From contig JBGAKH010000012.1 in the NCBI GenBank assembly GCA_044224515.1, forward strand, positions 12,363-76,362: DNA of 64,000 nt. The letters run 5' to 3'. Position numbers and translations under genes: made by a program. Of this stretch, positions 20,514 through 30,512 are shown piece by piece; position 1 is the stretch's first letter, and each line of letters starts with the position of its first letter. This DNA comes from Chlorobiota bacterium (GTDB lineage: Bacteria > Bacteroidota > Ignavibacteria > Kapaibacteriales > NICIL-2). The notes under the pieces are model-generated. The model was not told the DNA's origin, searched no databases, and was given only the letters and a program-made list of their open reading frames with translations.

Positions 20514-22907
20514 CTACCCAAGTACTTCCAACTTAGCGAACTTGACCATTAGGTTTTTACGTCCTGCACCGGGGAAGATCACGGAGACTTTTTGGTTTTG
20601 TCCTTCACCAACGACGATTTCCACTTTTCCTTCACCAAACAGTTTGTGTCGGACCATCATTCCTCGCTTAAGAGGTACATCTGCATGCGATGGCTCGATC
20701 TGTGAGTAGTTCTCAGATGGTGGCATGTCGTCAAAATTCTTCCGGGGCGATGGAGTTTGACGGTATGGAGTGGAAGGACGTGATTGTGCTGCGTCCGATC
20801 GATTTGAAGTTGCGCCGGGCGCCGATGAGCGCGCCGCGCCGTAGCGCGAAGGACCGGAGTTTGAACTTGATGCTTCGTCGAAACGGGTGCGTTCCTGAAC
20901 GTTTTCGCGACGTCCCTGCCAGTTAATCGATTCGGCGGGAAGTTCGTGTAAGAAACTTGAAGGTCGCGTGTACTCAACGTTCCCAAAACGTAAACGCCGT
21001 TCTGCATAGGTGATATAGAGGCGCTTACAGGCGCGTGTAATACCCACATAGAACAATCGACGTTCTTCTTCGCGCTCATCGGGATGCGAGTTGTCTTTCA
21101 CGAGTGGTAGCAATCCCTCCTCCACACCGGTGATAATCACACTGGGATACTCGAGCCCTTTGGCAGCATGCAGCGTCATAACCGCTACACGGTTCTGCGA
21201 AGTGTCGGCTTCGTCAACATCGCTGACAAGAGCAAGTTGTTGGAGATACGCTTCAAGTGAAGGATCTTCTTCGCGCAGTGTGTATTCACTAATGTCCGTG
21301 AGCAAGCGGACGATGTTATTCAGTCGGTCCTCAGCATCCTCGGTTTTCATGAGTTCGTAGTGACGCATGAGTCCGGTTGCTTCGATGTACTGCCGAGCCA
21401 AATCATCGGGCGCCATAGAATCCAGCTGCGAGCGGAAGTGCTCGACGATGCCTACGAATTCTCGGGCGGCTTTAGCCGCACGTTTCATCAAGCCTTCTAC
21501 ACTGTCGGCTTGTTGAAAGGCTTCGAAGAGTGTCGTGCCCCGATCACCGGCATAATCGCGCAAACGTTGCAAACTGGTATCTCCGAGTCCGCGAGCAGGC
21601 TCGTTAACTACGCGAAGCAGAGACTCCGCATCGCTCGGGTTGATGAGCAGACGCAGATAGGCTGCGGCATCTTTGACTTCTTTACGTTTATAAAAGGAAA
21701 TTCCGCTGACCATGGTGTAAGGAACCGCTGAGCGCCGTAGTGCATCTTCCAGTGCCTGAGATTGAGCATTGGTCCGATACAGAATAGCGATGTCATTGTA
21801 CTTTGTACCATGCGTGCGGGCGTCCATTTCGATGATCTGTAATACACGCTCTGCCTCTTCTCGGTCATCACGATTTGAATAAATCGAAATGACATGTCCT
21901 TCCTCATTATCCGTCCACAAGGTCTTCGGAATCTGCTTTCGATTGTTTTTAATCACTGCGTCCGCTGATGCAAGAATATGCTTCGTACTACGGTAGTTCT
22001 GCTCCAATCGCACAACTTTGGCTTCAGCATAGTCTTTTTGGAAGTCCAAAATGTTACGAATGTCTGCACCGCGCCAGCGATATATACTCTGCGCGTCGTC
22101 ACCGACAACGCAAAGGTTTCTGTGTCCGCCCGCCAGTAGCTGTACGGCCACATATTGTGCGCGATTCGTATCCTGATACTCATCAACAAGAATGTGTGTA
22201 AATCGTTGTTGCACAGCCACCAACATCTCATCGCTGTGACGCAGCAAACGAATCATGTTCAACAACAAGTCATCGAAGTCCATTGCGTTGTTCTTATGCA
22301 ACTGACGTTCGTAGGCCTCATAGACTTTTGCGATTTGTCGTTCACGAAACTCCGCTGCCGTATTTGAATACTCCTGCCAACTCGTCATCTGATTCTTAGC
22401 TGCCGAGATCGCAGATCGTATAGCTGAAGCGCTAATCATCTGCGAGGAGATGTTCAGCGAATTCATCGCTGCACGAATCACACTCGTCGAATCATCCGTG
22501 TCGTAAATCGAAAAACTATTCGTGTAACCTAACACATCCGCATAACCGCGAAGCAAGCGGGCAAAAATCGAGTGAAAAGTTCCGGCCCATACTTGGCGGG
22601 CAGCCTTTTCACCACAAATGTGTTTAATGCGCTCCTTCATCTCACCCGCAGCCTTGTTAGTGAAGGTCAGCGCCAGAATATTCCACGGTTTTACACCCTT
22701 TTGGATCAGATGCGCAACACGAAAGGTCAATACTCGTGTTTTACCGCTACCGGCACCTGCCACAATGAGTAAGGGACCATCAACGGTCGAAACAGCTTCA
22801 GCTTGCGAGGGATTAAGACCGGCCAAGACATCCGTCACGGTATTTTCGGCGGCACTGTCTTCCTGCGAAAAAAGATCGTTCGTCGTTTTGACGAGTTTTA
22901 ATGACAT
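20514..22907 (-). CDS. uvrD: ATP-dependent DNA helicase UvrD/PcrA
   Basis: AGAGSGKTRV, DEYQDTN, VVGDDAQSIYRWRGA, LEQNYRS, MTLHAAKGLE, EERRLFYVGITRA; C-terminal Tudor-like VRHKLFGEG domain. Confidence 0.96.
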   Translation of the reverse strand: MSLKLVKTTNDLFSQEDSAAENTVTDVLAGLNPSQAEAVSTVDGPLLIVAGAGSGKTRVLTFRVAHLIQKGVKPWNILALTFTNKAAGEMKERIKHICGEKAARQVWAGTFHSIFARLLRGYADVLGYTNSFSIYDTDDSTSVIRAAMNSLNISSQMISASAIRSAISAAKNQMTSWQEYSNTAAEFRERQIAKVYEAYERQLHKNNAMDFDDLLLNMIRLLRHSDEMLVAVQQRFTHILVDEYQDTNRAQYVAVQLLAGGHRNLCVVGDDAQSIYRWRGADIRNILDFQKDYAEAKVVRLEQNYRSTKHILASADAVIKNNRKQIPKTLWTDNEEGHVISIYSNRDDREEAERVLQIIEMDARTHGTKYNDIAILYRTNAQSQALEDALRRSAVPYTMVSGISFYKRKEVKDAAAYLRLLINPSDAESLLRVVNEPARGLGDTSLQRLRDYAGDRGTTLFEAFQQADSVEGLMKRAAKAAREFVGIVEHFRSQLDSMAPDDLARQYIEATGLMRHYELMKTEDAEDRLNNIVRLLTDISEYTLREEDPSLEAYLQQLALVSDVDEADTSQNRVAVMTLHAAKGLEYPSVIITGVEEGLLPLVKDNSHPDEREEERRLFYVGITRACKRLYITYAERRLRFGNVEYTRPSSFLHELPAESINWQGRRENVQERTRFDEASSSNSGPSRYGAARSSAPGATSNRSDAAQSRPSTPYRQTPSPRKNFDDMPPSENYSQIEPSHADVPLKRGMMVRHKLFGEGKVEIVVGEGQNQKVSVIFPGAGRKNLMVKFAKLEVLG

Positions 22908-23392
22908 AGGTGAATTCCTTCAGAAATAGGCCAACAAGCCGCAATTCGAAAAGTTGCTATCGGGCAAAACTGCCCGGATAGATGGTCAGGCGGAAGTGGA
23001 CCACAAAGATACTGCCTGCTCTGAGCATGGATTGAGGAAAGTATGCACAGCCTCGGCGAGTGTTGCTGACGTTTAATGGTTATAATCGACGCTATATGAC
23101 TTCACGCTCGTGCAAGAACGCAGTTTAACACACTGCATCCTTTCGCAAGCGCACTACGGAAACCCAGCACGAGAATTTGAGGTTTATCGTCATTCCTACC
23201 CTGAACGTGTCTTTTCTATAGTCGGCTTCAGCACAGCAATGGAACTCGTGATGTCGCAAGTGTGCTGTAACAGGGCATTCGGGTGTTCGTGTTAGAACCC
23301 GAAAGACCGTTTTTGAACGTCGGTTGTCTATAAACCAGACCGGAACCGGAGTATTAGGCTCAAAGCCTCGGTAGACCGTATATTGCAGACTG

Positions 23393-24214
23393 ATGAAAAA
23401 GATCCTCGGAATATTCAGCCTTGTGCTGCTAAGTCTTCTGGCACCCGGGTGTTCAACCACCTATGATGCCACGAACAAGACACCGGAAGATATCTTCGCG
23501 CGTGCCGTCAAGGAGTTTAACGGAAACGACTTGTTTGAGTCGCAGCGCCTACTCGACATTATTCGATTGCAGTACCCTACAAGTCAGTTGGCAGACGACG
23601 CCCAATACTATCTGGCTGAGATCAATTATAAACGACACGAGTATATCTTGGCTGCGTACAACTACAACTACTTGCGTCGCATGTATCCGCAAAGCGAATT
23701 CGCAAAGCTCAGTATGTACAAAGCCGCTCAGTGCTATGTCGAGATGTCGCCTCCCTACGATCGCGATCAGAAGTACACCAAAGAAGCGATCGTTGCCCTC
23801 AGTGAGTACCGAGAACGCTATAAAGACGACTCTACTGCGGCTGATAGTTCTATTAAAATCCTGCGCACAAAGTTGAGCGAACACGACTTCAGAATTGCAG
23901 AACAATACCGTACACTGCTCTCCCCTAAAGCCAGTCTCATTTACTTTGATGCAGTGATCGACGATTATGCCGACACTGAATTCTGTGAACCCGCCCTGCG
24001 CGCTAAAGCCGAGATCTTGACACAGCTTAAGCGCTACGATGAAGCACTGTCCGCATGCTCCCTCTACTCTCGTTTCTTTCCCAATGGTCCCTCCACAGGC
24101 GTTCTCAAAGAGCTGCAACTCAAGGCGAGCGCTCTAAAAGAAGCGGCTGATCGTGATGCCGCAGCAAAGAAAGAGAGCCAGAAGGACACGAAGGAAAACA
24201 GCGATAAAAAATAA
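23393..24214 (+). CDS. bamD: Outer membrane protein assembly factor BamD (TPR lipoprotein)
   Basis: Lipobox APG-C; QYPTS..ADDAQYYLA, SPPYDRDQKYT..A, IAEQY...AS..YF motifs. Confidence 0.9.
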   Translation: MKKILGIFSLVLLSLLAPGCSTTYDATNKTPEDIFARAVKEFNGNDLFESQRLLDIIRLQYPTSQLADDAQYYLAEINYKRHEYILAAYNYNYLRRMYPQSEFAKLSMYKAAQCYVEMSPPYDRDQKYTKEAIVALSEYRERYKDDSTAADSSIKILRTKLSEHDFRIAEQYRTLLSPKASLIYFDAVIDDYADTEFCEPALRAKAEILTQLKRYDEALSACSLYSRFFPNGPSTGVLKELQLKASALKEAADRDAAAKKESQKDTKENSDKK

Positions 24215-24483
24215 GGCCGTTAAGACCCACACCTAGACCTCGGTATCTTCACTATCAAACATTTCCTCCGAGTGCACAGTATTGTACGGTTGTTACGATG
24301 TCCGGACCCTGCATGTCTACCACCGATTCCGACCAAGCCTGAATCTCGGGATAGAACAGAGTGATGATTCGAAGTGATGATACAGGGTATTCACGGAACG
24401 CGGCTCTTCGGTCATTCACGAAGAGACGGTTTACAATCGACGAAGCTCTAGGTATTGCAATGCTGAAGCTGCGCTTCAGCGAA

Positions 24484-25425
24484 CTAAGGACGTAGCACGG
24501 GATGTGGTAGAGAGACTTTAAGGCGTGCCGCGTCGATACGACAATGTGCCCCATAAGGTAGTGTGAGTTTTTTGGCGGTGTGCCCATACAGAATATTCGC
24601 AATTGAAGCTTTGCCGGACCGCTGAGTGTAGTCGCGAAGAACATCGATGATGTCTCGCGATGCCGTCGCGCTCTTGCGATTCAGGTCTTGCGTAAACTGT
24701 CCAAAAAGCAGAGCGGAACTCTGCTTCAGCGCGCCGCTCAACTCGAGCTGACATAACAATCGGTCGACTTTATAACTCTCCTCACCGATGTCCTCACACA
24801 GCATGACAGAATTGGCATAACGCGGACTAAAAGGAGTTCCGCTGAGGGCGGCCAGCATGCTGAGATTACCGCATACAAGTGGTCCCTCTGCTTTTCCGGA
24901 TGCCAGACACTGCATTTCCAGTGACTGCTTTATGAGGCCCGGAGCTCTCGTCGAGGTCAGCATTTTCCAGAATTGTTCTTCGCTCTCGGCATCAAAATCA
25001 GACAGATCCACGCCGACCATGGCACCGCTGAAGCTCAGGAGTTTAGTGCGACGTAGTAGTGCAGCACTCACTGCGCTGAGGTCAGAAAATCCAACAAAAA
25101 TCTTGGGATGCTTTGCGATGCGTCGGTAATTCAAGCTCTGCAGGAATCTCATGGATCCATATCCGCCGCGCGTACAAAAAATTGCATCGATGCGTGGATT
25201 GCAGAACATGGACTCCAAATCTGAAGCGCGCAACTCGTCACTTCCGGCCAAATAGGCATCCGAAGCACGTGTCGAATCACCCAATTCTACTCGATAACCC
25301 AAAGTCTCAAGATAGCGTACTCCGCGATCCAGTTTGCTCGCATCGCGCATCGGCGAAGCAGGAGCTACAATACCAATCGTGGCACCTTTGCGCAATACAC
25401 GAGGAAGAACGAGGTCTGTGGCCAT
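24484..25425 (-). CDS. ldcA: LD-carboxypeptidase (peptidase S66)
   Basis: IGIVAPAS, RGGYG, GFSDLS, GNLSML, CEDIGE, YGHT catalytic motifs; start taken at MATDL (25425). Confidence 0.92.
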   Translation of the reverse strand: MATDLVLPRVLRKGATIGIVAPASPMRDASKLDRGVRYLETLGYRVELGDSTRASDAYLAGSDELRASDLESMFCNPRIDAIFCTRGGYGSMRFLQSLNYRRIAKHPKIFVGFSDLSAVSAALLRRTKLLSFSGAMVGVDLSDFDAESEEQFWKMLTSTRAPGLIKQSLEMQCLASGKAEGPLVCGNLSMLAALSGTPFSPRYANSVMLCEDIGEESYKVDRLLCQLELSGALKQSSALLFGQFTQDLNRKSATASRDIIDVLRDYTQRSGKASIANILYGHTAKKLTLPYGAHCRIDAARLKVSLPHPVLRP

Positions 25426-25567
25426 AGCTGAACTATACAGCGTGAAGACGCATCGCAAGCGCACAGAGCGAGTCCTGCGAAGCACGTACTGATAAAAACT
25501 CGGAATGAATACGGAGCTCGAATAGGAATGCAGATGCACTCCGTGTGCGCAAAGCCCACTATAACAA

Positions 25568-26428
25568 CTAGGAAAGCAACAAGAGCACGCGCGACAAAGT
25601 CTGCTTCAGTTCACGGCGATGCACAATCATGTCTGCAAAGCCATGTTGCTGCACAAACTCGGAACGCTGGAATCCTTCGGGAAGCTTCTTGCGAATAGTT
25701 TGCTCAATAACGCGCGGTCCGGCAAAACCAATCAAAGCTTTGGGTTCGGCAATGATGACATCTCCCAACATGGCATAAGAGGCACTCGTGCCACCGGTGG
25801 TCGGATCCGTTATAATGGAGATATAGGGCAATCCTGCTTCAGCAACTTCCGTGAGCGCAGCACTTGTCTTAGCCATCTGCATAAGGGAAAATGCTGCTTC
25901 TTGCATTCGAGCGCCACCCGAGGCGCTGATGACGACCAGCGGAACATTCATACTAATGGCACGACGCGCCGCACGAGAGAACTTTTCACCGACAACGGAG
26001 CCCATCGAGCCTCCAATGAAGTTGAAGTTCATGCAGCCAAACGAAATCATGTGTCCGTGCACCGTACCATAACCGATGGTCAAGGCATCACCGTGTCCAC
26101 CGCGACGATAAGCCTCCGTTAAGCGTCCGGCATAGGGTTTCGTATCAACGAACTCCAAAGGATCGGCACTACGCACGCTGCCGTCGGTTTCGACCCATGA
26201 TCCTTCATCAAAGAGAATCTGGGTATACTGGCGTGAACCGACGCGGAAGTGGTTGTCACACTTTGGACAGGTAAAAGCCAGTTCTTCGAGCTGTTTCTTG
26301 TAGATGATTTCCCCACACTCCTCGCACTTCGTCCAAAGCCCATCAGGCATTTCACGAGGTTGGGTGAGTTGAATATTTTTCGATTTACGTTGAAACCAAG
26401 ACACAGGTGTTTTGCTAAAGTGTAACAT
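25568..26428 (-). CDS. accD: Acetyl-CoA carboxylase carboxyltransferase beta subunit
   Basis: C4 zinc finger CEEC...CPKC, FIGGSMGSVVGE, SGGARMQE, PTTGGTSAS, GFAGPRVIEQT; true start may be the GTG at 26404 (SWFQRK). Confidence 0.97.
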   Translation of the reverse strand: MLHFSKTPVSWFQRKSKNIQLTQPREMPDGLWTKCEECGEIIYKKQLEELAFTCPKCDNHFRVGSRQYTQILFDEGSWVETDGSVRSADPLEFVDTKPYAGRLTEAYRRGGHGDALTIGYGTVHGHMISFGCMNFNFIGGSMGSVVGEKFSRAARRAISMNVPLVVISASGGARMQEAAFSLMQMAKTSAALTEVAEAGLPYISIITDPTTGGTSASYAMLGDVIIAEPKALIGFAGPRVIEQTIRKKLPEGFQRSEFVQQHGFADMIVHRRELKQTLSRVLLLLS

Positions 26429-26462
26429 GCGTTGGCTGCCGTATGACGCGGCAACACAGCGC

Positions 26463-26786
26463 TTAGTGCTGATCTTCCCAGATATGAAAGCGCATTCCGT
26501 AGGGATCTATGACAAGATAACTCTTTTGGAGATGTGTTCGCTGTAGGACGCAGCCGGCAGCCTCCAAACGGGTTTTCAAGATATCCACGTCATCCACGCG
26601 AAATTCGAGCCATGTATGCTGCTCGGCACTGTTGTTTTCGATGTGGATTGTCGCGCCGTCGACCGATAGTTCCGACTCATGATCCTGATGCTTGGTCATA
26701 GTCAAACCCAGAACCTTCGTATAAAACTCCACGGCGTTTGTGTAATCACGAACGCCAACGGCAATGTGTGGACTAAATCGTATCAT
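26463..26786 (-). CDS. VOC/glyoxalase family protein
   Basis: HIAVGVRDY..AVEFYTKVLGL, FRVDDVD, DPYGMRFHI. Confidence 0.85.
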   Translation of the reverse strand: MIRFSPHIAVGVRDYTNAVEFYTKVLGLTMTKHQDHESELSVDGATIHIENNSAEQHTWLEFRVDDVDILKTRLEAAGCVLQRTHLQKSYLVIDPYGMRFHIWEDQH

Positions 26787-26845
26787 ACTCTCACTTCTTT
26801 CTCAATTCACGTTCGATGCTGCTCGCACGAAAGTTTCAGGGAACA

Positions 26846-28528
26846 CTAGGCTTTACAGCGACGACTTCCCAAGACATTGTATCGTCCGCTGATGAAACTC
26901 AAATCCGCAAAAGAAGCGTTGCCTGCGGGATTCGAGCCGGCACCGTGAAAATCACTGTAAGCAGACGATTGGTTCACCCAAATAGGTCCAACAAAGTTGA
27001 AGGCAATCGAACAGCCGGCGTCCATGACCTTTTCTTCTGCCAATCGCATGACATCTTCGCTACTAGAATAACAACTCACCGTCAACGCTCCTTGGGTACG
27101 CACCGATTGAGCGATTGCATCAAGTCCGGCCTCGACGTTGTCGACCGGGATGACGAAAGCAATTGGACCAAACCACTCTTGCGACGTTATATCACGCTGA
27201 GAAGCATCTGCTTGTAAGAGCAATGGGCTCAGACTACGCGCATGCTCGTGTCCGGGCTGGCTGATTCCTTCGGAAGCAAGGAGTTGTTTCAAGCCCAAGG
27301 CAGTTGCGGCTTCAACACGGTCTTTTGTCTGCTGGCTCTGGAGCGCACCGAGAGTTGAGGGTCCCATCTTCTCATTGTGGGCAATGTCGCGAATCTTCGC
27401 AGCAAGTCGAGCACCAAACTCGTCGACGCTTACCGTTGTGTCGCCATCAAGTACCCCGCTTTTCGGAATGTAAATGTTCTGCGGTGCAGTACACATCTGT
27501 CCGCTATACAAACTCAAACTAAATGCAAGGTTATCCAGTACGGGTTCGAGCTGTGGCGCGCTTTCTACGATAACGCAATTGACTCCGGCCTTCTCGGTGT
27601 AACAGACCTTGTGGAGTCGGTGACAGATTGTTTCGACTTCAGTACCGAAGTGTGAAGAGCCGGTATAATCAACAGTACCTACGAGAGGATGTTCAATCAA
27701 GTCGTGAGTGATGCGGTGCTCCTGATTGGCAACGGCAAGCTGCACGATATGCGGATTCAAACCTAGATCCTTCAATGTTTGCTGCATGGATGCTACGACG
27801 ATTGCAATCGGATACACAACCTTGGTGTGTGCTTTGGCAATAGTGGCAGCTCCAGTGATCAGCGAAGCAAACATTCCCGGAACACTGTTCCACACAGGAA
27901 AGGTTGAACAACCGATAGTGACGTTGACTCCTTTGGGACGAACGCGATAGTGTTTGTCCAAGGTCACACTCATTTTGCCCATGGGCTTCACCCATTCATG
28001 AGCCGAATCAAAACACTGCAAAGCCGTCAAACCGGTTGCGATGGACTCAAGTGCGCGGTCGAACGAATGGGGACCGCTAGCTTGGAAAGACATCACGAAT
28101 CCTTGTCCGGTTGTATGCTGCGTGGCATAAGCAATCTCAAAGAAATGACGAGAAGCTTGTTCCAAACACTCAACCAATACTGCAGCGCGTTCCAAACTTG
28201 TGAGGGCTGACCACTGCTGTTGTGCGGTATGCGCATGCGTTACCAGATGGTCGGCTGAGCTTACCGGATAGCTTATGCCCAATGGGAAGCCATATGGCGA
28301 TTCTTCCTCACCATGCCAGACTAAGGCAGAAGTCTGCAGCAAACGGTCAAAGGGCTTCGTGAGCTGACGCCGGAATGCCAATTCTCCATCGGCATTGGCT
28401 GTCTCTCCATAAATCTTGCCGCTAGGTGCTTCGGGCCAATGTGCCCAAAATTCGCGTGTTTTAGTTGCTTTTTGGGCTGCTTCTAAGGTTTCTTGATGTT
28501 TTTCGATGAGGTGCTGAAATGCGCTCAT
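26846..28528 (-). CDS. paaN: Phenylacetic acid degradation protein PaaN (aldehyde dehydrogenase-like)
   Basis: N-terminus LIEKHQETL...WPEAPSGKIYGETA, QHTTGQGFVMSFQASGPH, GCSTFPVWN, TEKAGVN, LYSGQMCT, EWFGP, SDFHGAGSNPAGNA. Confidence 0.85.
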   Translation of the reverse strand: MSAFQHLIEKHQETLEAAQKATKTREFWAHWPEAPSGKIYGETANADGELAFRRQLTKPFDRLLQTSALVWHGEEESPYGFPLGISYPVSSADHLVTHAHTAQQQWSALTSLERAAVLVECLEQASRHFFEIAYATQHTTGQGFVMSFQASGPHSFDRALESIATGLTALQCFDSAHEWVKPMGKMSVTLDKHYRVRPKGVNVTIGCSTFPVWNSVPGMFASLITGAATIAKAHTKVVYPIAIVVASMQQTLKDLGLNPHIVQLAVANQEHRITHDLIEHPLVGTVDYTGSSHFGTEVETICHRLHKVCYTEKAGVNCVIVESAPQLEPVLDNLAFSLSLYSGQMCTAPQNIYIPKSGVLDGDTTVSVDEFGARLAAKIRDIAHNEKMGPSTLGALQSQQTKDRVEAATALGLKQLLASEGISQPGHEHARSLSPLLLQADASQRDITSQEWFGPIAFVIPVDNVEAGLDAIAQSVRTQGALTVSCYSSSEDVMRLAEEKVMDAGCSIAFNFVGPIWVNQSSAYSDFHGAGSNPAGNASFADLSFISGRYNVLGSRRCKA

Positions 28529-28850
28529 ATTCCCTGTGTCGTATGAAAATGGTATACAAATGTAGGGAGTTTTTACGTGCGCTCGTTGCTCTCCGTGCGA
28601 GCCTTGGCAGACTGCGTCATCACCCTTCAGGACTACGTTTTTGGTTGCTCCATGAACGCCAAAATTCTCAAACGGAGCAAGACCATACCATACATTTCAC
28701 AACTCTTAAAATTTTTGGTGTACGCAATGTTTGCATGTGCTAAAGCAAGGAGTTCTCGCGCATGCACACTCTCTTGAAGTAACCAATTTCTCCCAATGCG
28801 CATCTACACGACAAGAACGGTTTTCTCGCACTAATGTAATGGAGGACATC

Positions 28851-29759
28851 ATGAACCGCTTCGCTCCTTCCTTCGTGGTTATGGCCTTGGTTATTTTTGG
28901 CATCTTGTTCATGTGGTCACAGCTTTTTTCCGCTGAGCCGTCGGATCAGGGCAAGCGCAACACATCAAGCATGTTGGTGCGCGTTGTCGACAACAAGGGA
29001 GAACCCATAAGTCGCGCAACTGTGCACCTTCGAGAAACATCGAGAGGAGCCTACAGCGACAAAAACGGAATAGCCCTTGTGAAAGGTTTGCCTGACGATA
29101 GTTTCAAGGTTTCAGTCAGCTTTTGCGGCTATTACAATGCTGAGAAGATCGTCATTCTCCGCGCAGACAAACAGACACGCTTACTTGCTACTCTTCAACC
29201 GCGGTGGCGGCGGCTTAGCACCACCTACGGATCGAGTGTAGGCGACGCGGCTCAACGAGGAACACAAAGTCCGCCGCAAAGCGATTCTTCCGGCGCTCCC
29301 AATGCGCGGCGCATAACACCGATGGTCACGTGTGGACTTGCTAACGGATGGAAGGAATTTGAGGACGACGATACGATTGCCGTGTCTGATCAATGCTCAG
29401 TCGATAAGCAGCAGCGAAGTCAATTGTCGCGACAGCACTCGACCCTCGAAATCATCGAGGATGATCCGGTAGTCGTGGCCGACACACTTTCGCGCGTACT
29501 CCCGGTGTTGGTGTATCCAAATCCTATTCGACAGGTCTGTACAATGAGCATCGTTATTGAGCAACGAGCTCAGCTCAGTGTAGCTTTCTACACACTGGAT
29601 GGCAAACTGTTGCTGCAGTTTGATATTGGTGACGTAGATCCCGGACTATTTGAACACAAGCTCAATTGCTCGGATCTGGAAGCCGGAACATATCTGATGG
29701 CATTCCGCTGTTCCAACGGACAGAACGCAGTGATGACCGTTTCAAAATCAGCGAACTAA
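28851..29759 (+). CDS. Secreted protein with carboxypeptidase-regulatory-like domain, low-complexity linker and T9SS-type CTD
   Basis: SD GGAGG before ATG 28851; VRVVDNKGEPISRATV...SDKNG...VSFCGY domain; VYPNPI...GTYLM CTD. Confidence 0.75.
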   Translation: MNRFAPSFVVMALVIFGILFMWSQLFSAEPSDQGKRNTSSMLVRVVDNKGEPISRATVHLRETSRGAYSDKNGIALVKGLPDDSFKVSVSFCGYYNAEKIVILRADKQTRLLATLQPRWRRLSTTYGSSVGDAAQRGTQSPPQSDSSGAPNARRITPMVTCGLANGWKEFEDDDTIAVSDQCSVDKQQRSQLSRQHSTLEIIEDDPVVVADTLSRVLPVLVYPNPIRQVCTMSIVIEQRAQLSVAFYTLDGKLLLQFDIGDVDPGLFEHKLNCSDLEAGTYLMAFRCSNGQNAVMTVSKSAN

Positions 29760-29836
29760 GTTCGGTGGACTGAAATGCGCCCAAATGAATCGCTCCCTGT
29801 ATATTTACGCTGTCACATGGTCTCTCCGCGTACTCC

Positions 29837-30391
29837 ATGCTCAACAGCTCGCGACTCATTCTATACCAGCCTTCGGAAGTCACAGCAGCACAGATGCTGG
29901 ACTATGAACTTCGCAACAAGAGCTTTTTCACTCCTTGGGTCCCTGAACGCCCGGATGAGTGGTTTAGCGTAGATGCCCAGGAACTGCGGCTGCATCATGA
30001 ATGGCAATTGCAAAAAGAGACCGGCTCTTATCGCTTTTATCTTGCGACGCAAGAGCAGAGTCAACTGATTATTGGAGACTGTGGACTAAGCAACATCGTT
30101 CGCGGGGCATTTCATTCAGCCTATATGGGATACAAGCTTGATGAGCAGTCTCAAGGACAAGGCTATATGCTTGAAGCCCTCGACGCTCTCCTGCATTTCG
30201 GCTTTGAGACCTTGCGCCTTCACCGCGTGGAAGCTAACATTATGCCTCACAACACACGCTCCATTGCAGTTGCCGAGAAACTGGGCTTGAAGCGTGAGGG
30301 CTATTCTGAAAAATATCTGTGTATCAACGGTACTTGGGAAGATCACCTTCGCTACGCGATCATTCGCGAGAACTACTGTGGCAAGGCATGA
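29837..30391 (+). CDS. RimJ/RimL-family GNAT acetyltransferase
   Basis: NKSFFTPWVP, SNIVRGAFHSAYMGY, GQGYM.EAL, LHRVEANIMPHN.RS, EGYSEKYLCING.WEDH. Confidence 0.88.
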   Translation: MLNSSRLILYQPSEVTAAQMLDYELRNKSFFTPWVPERPDEWFSVDAQELRLHHEWQLQKETGSYRFYLATQEQSQLIIGDCGLSNIVRGAFHSAYMGYKLDEQSQGQGYMLEALDALLHFGFETLRLHRVEANIMPHNTRSIAVAEKLGLKREGYSEKYLCINGTWEDHLRYAIIRENYCGKA

Positions 30392-30512
30392 AGCGGGATT
30401 TCTTTTTTGCAACTAGCTAACAGCACATTCAAACTCCGCAACGATGTCCATACCAAGGTCCGCCTCAAACTCGTTTGACACAAGCGATAGTGATAACATC
30501 ATCACCGGCGAG

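Noticed and set aside
23030-23305. Possible RNase P RNA (GAGGAAAGT at ~23034 and TAGAACCCG at ~23293)
   Set aside because: The P4 strands cannot pair (GTATGC instead of GTCCGG; CCCGAAAG instead of CCCGGCTTA) and the other conserved regions are not convincing.
23125-23460. 111-aa minus-strand ORF between uvrD and bamD
   Set aside because: Overlaps the bamD start antisense; composition not protein-like; no recognisable motif.
24255-24644. 129-aa minus-strand ORF overlapping the ldcA 3' end
   Set aside because: Overlaps a confident gene in another frame; no motifs or SD.
29775-29972. Possible frameshifted N-terminus of the RimJ-like gene
   Set aside because: The 29837 start already gives a normal RimJ-like N-terminus (MLNSSRLIL); no slippery site.
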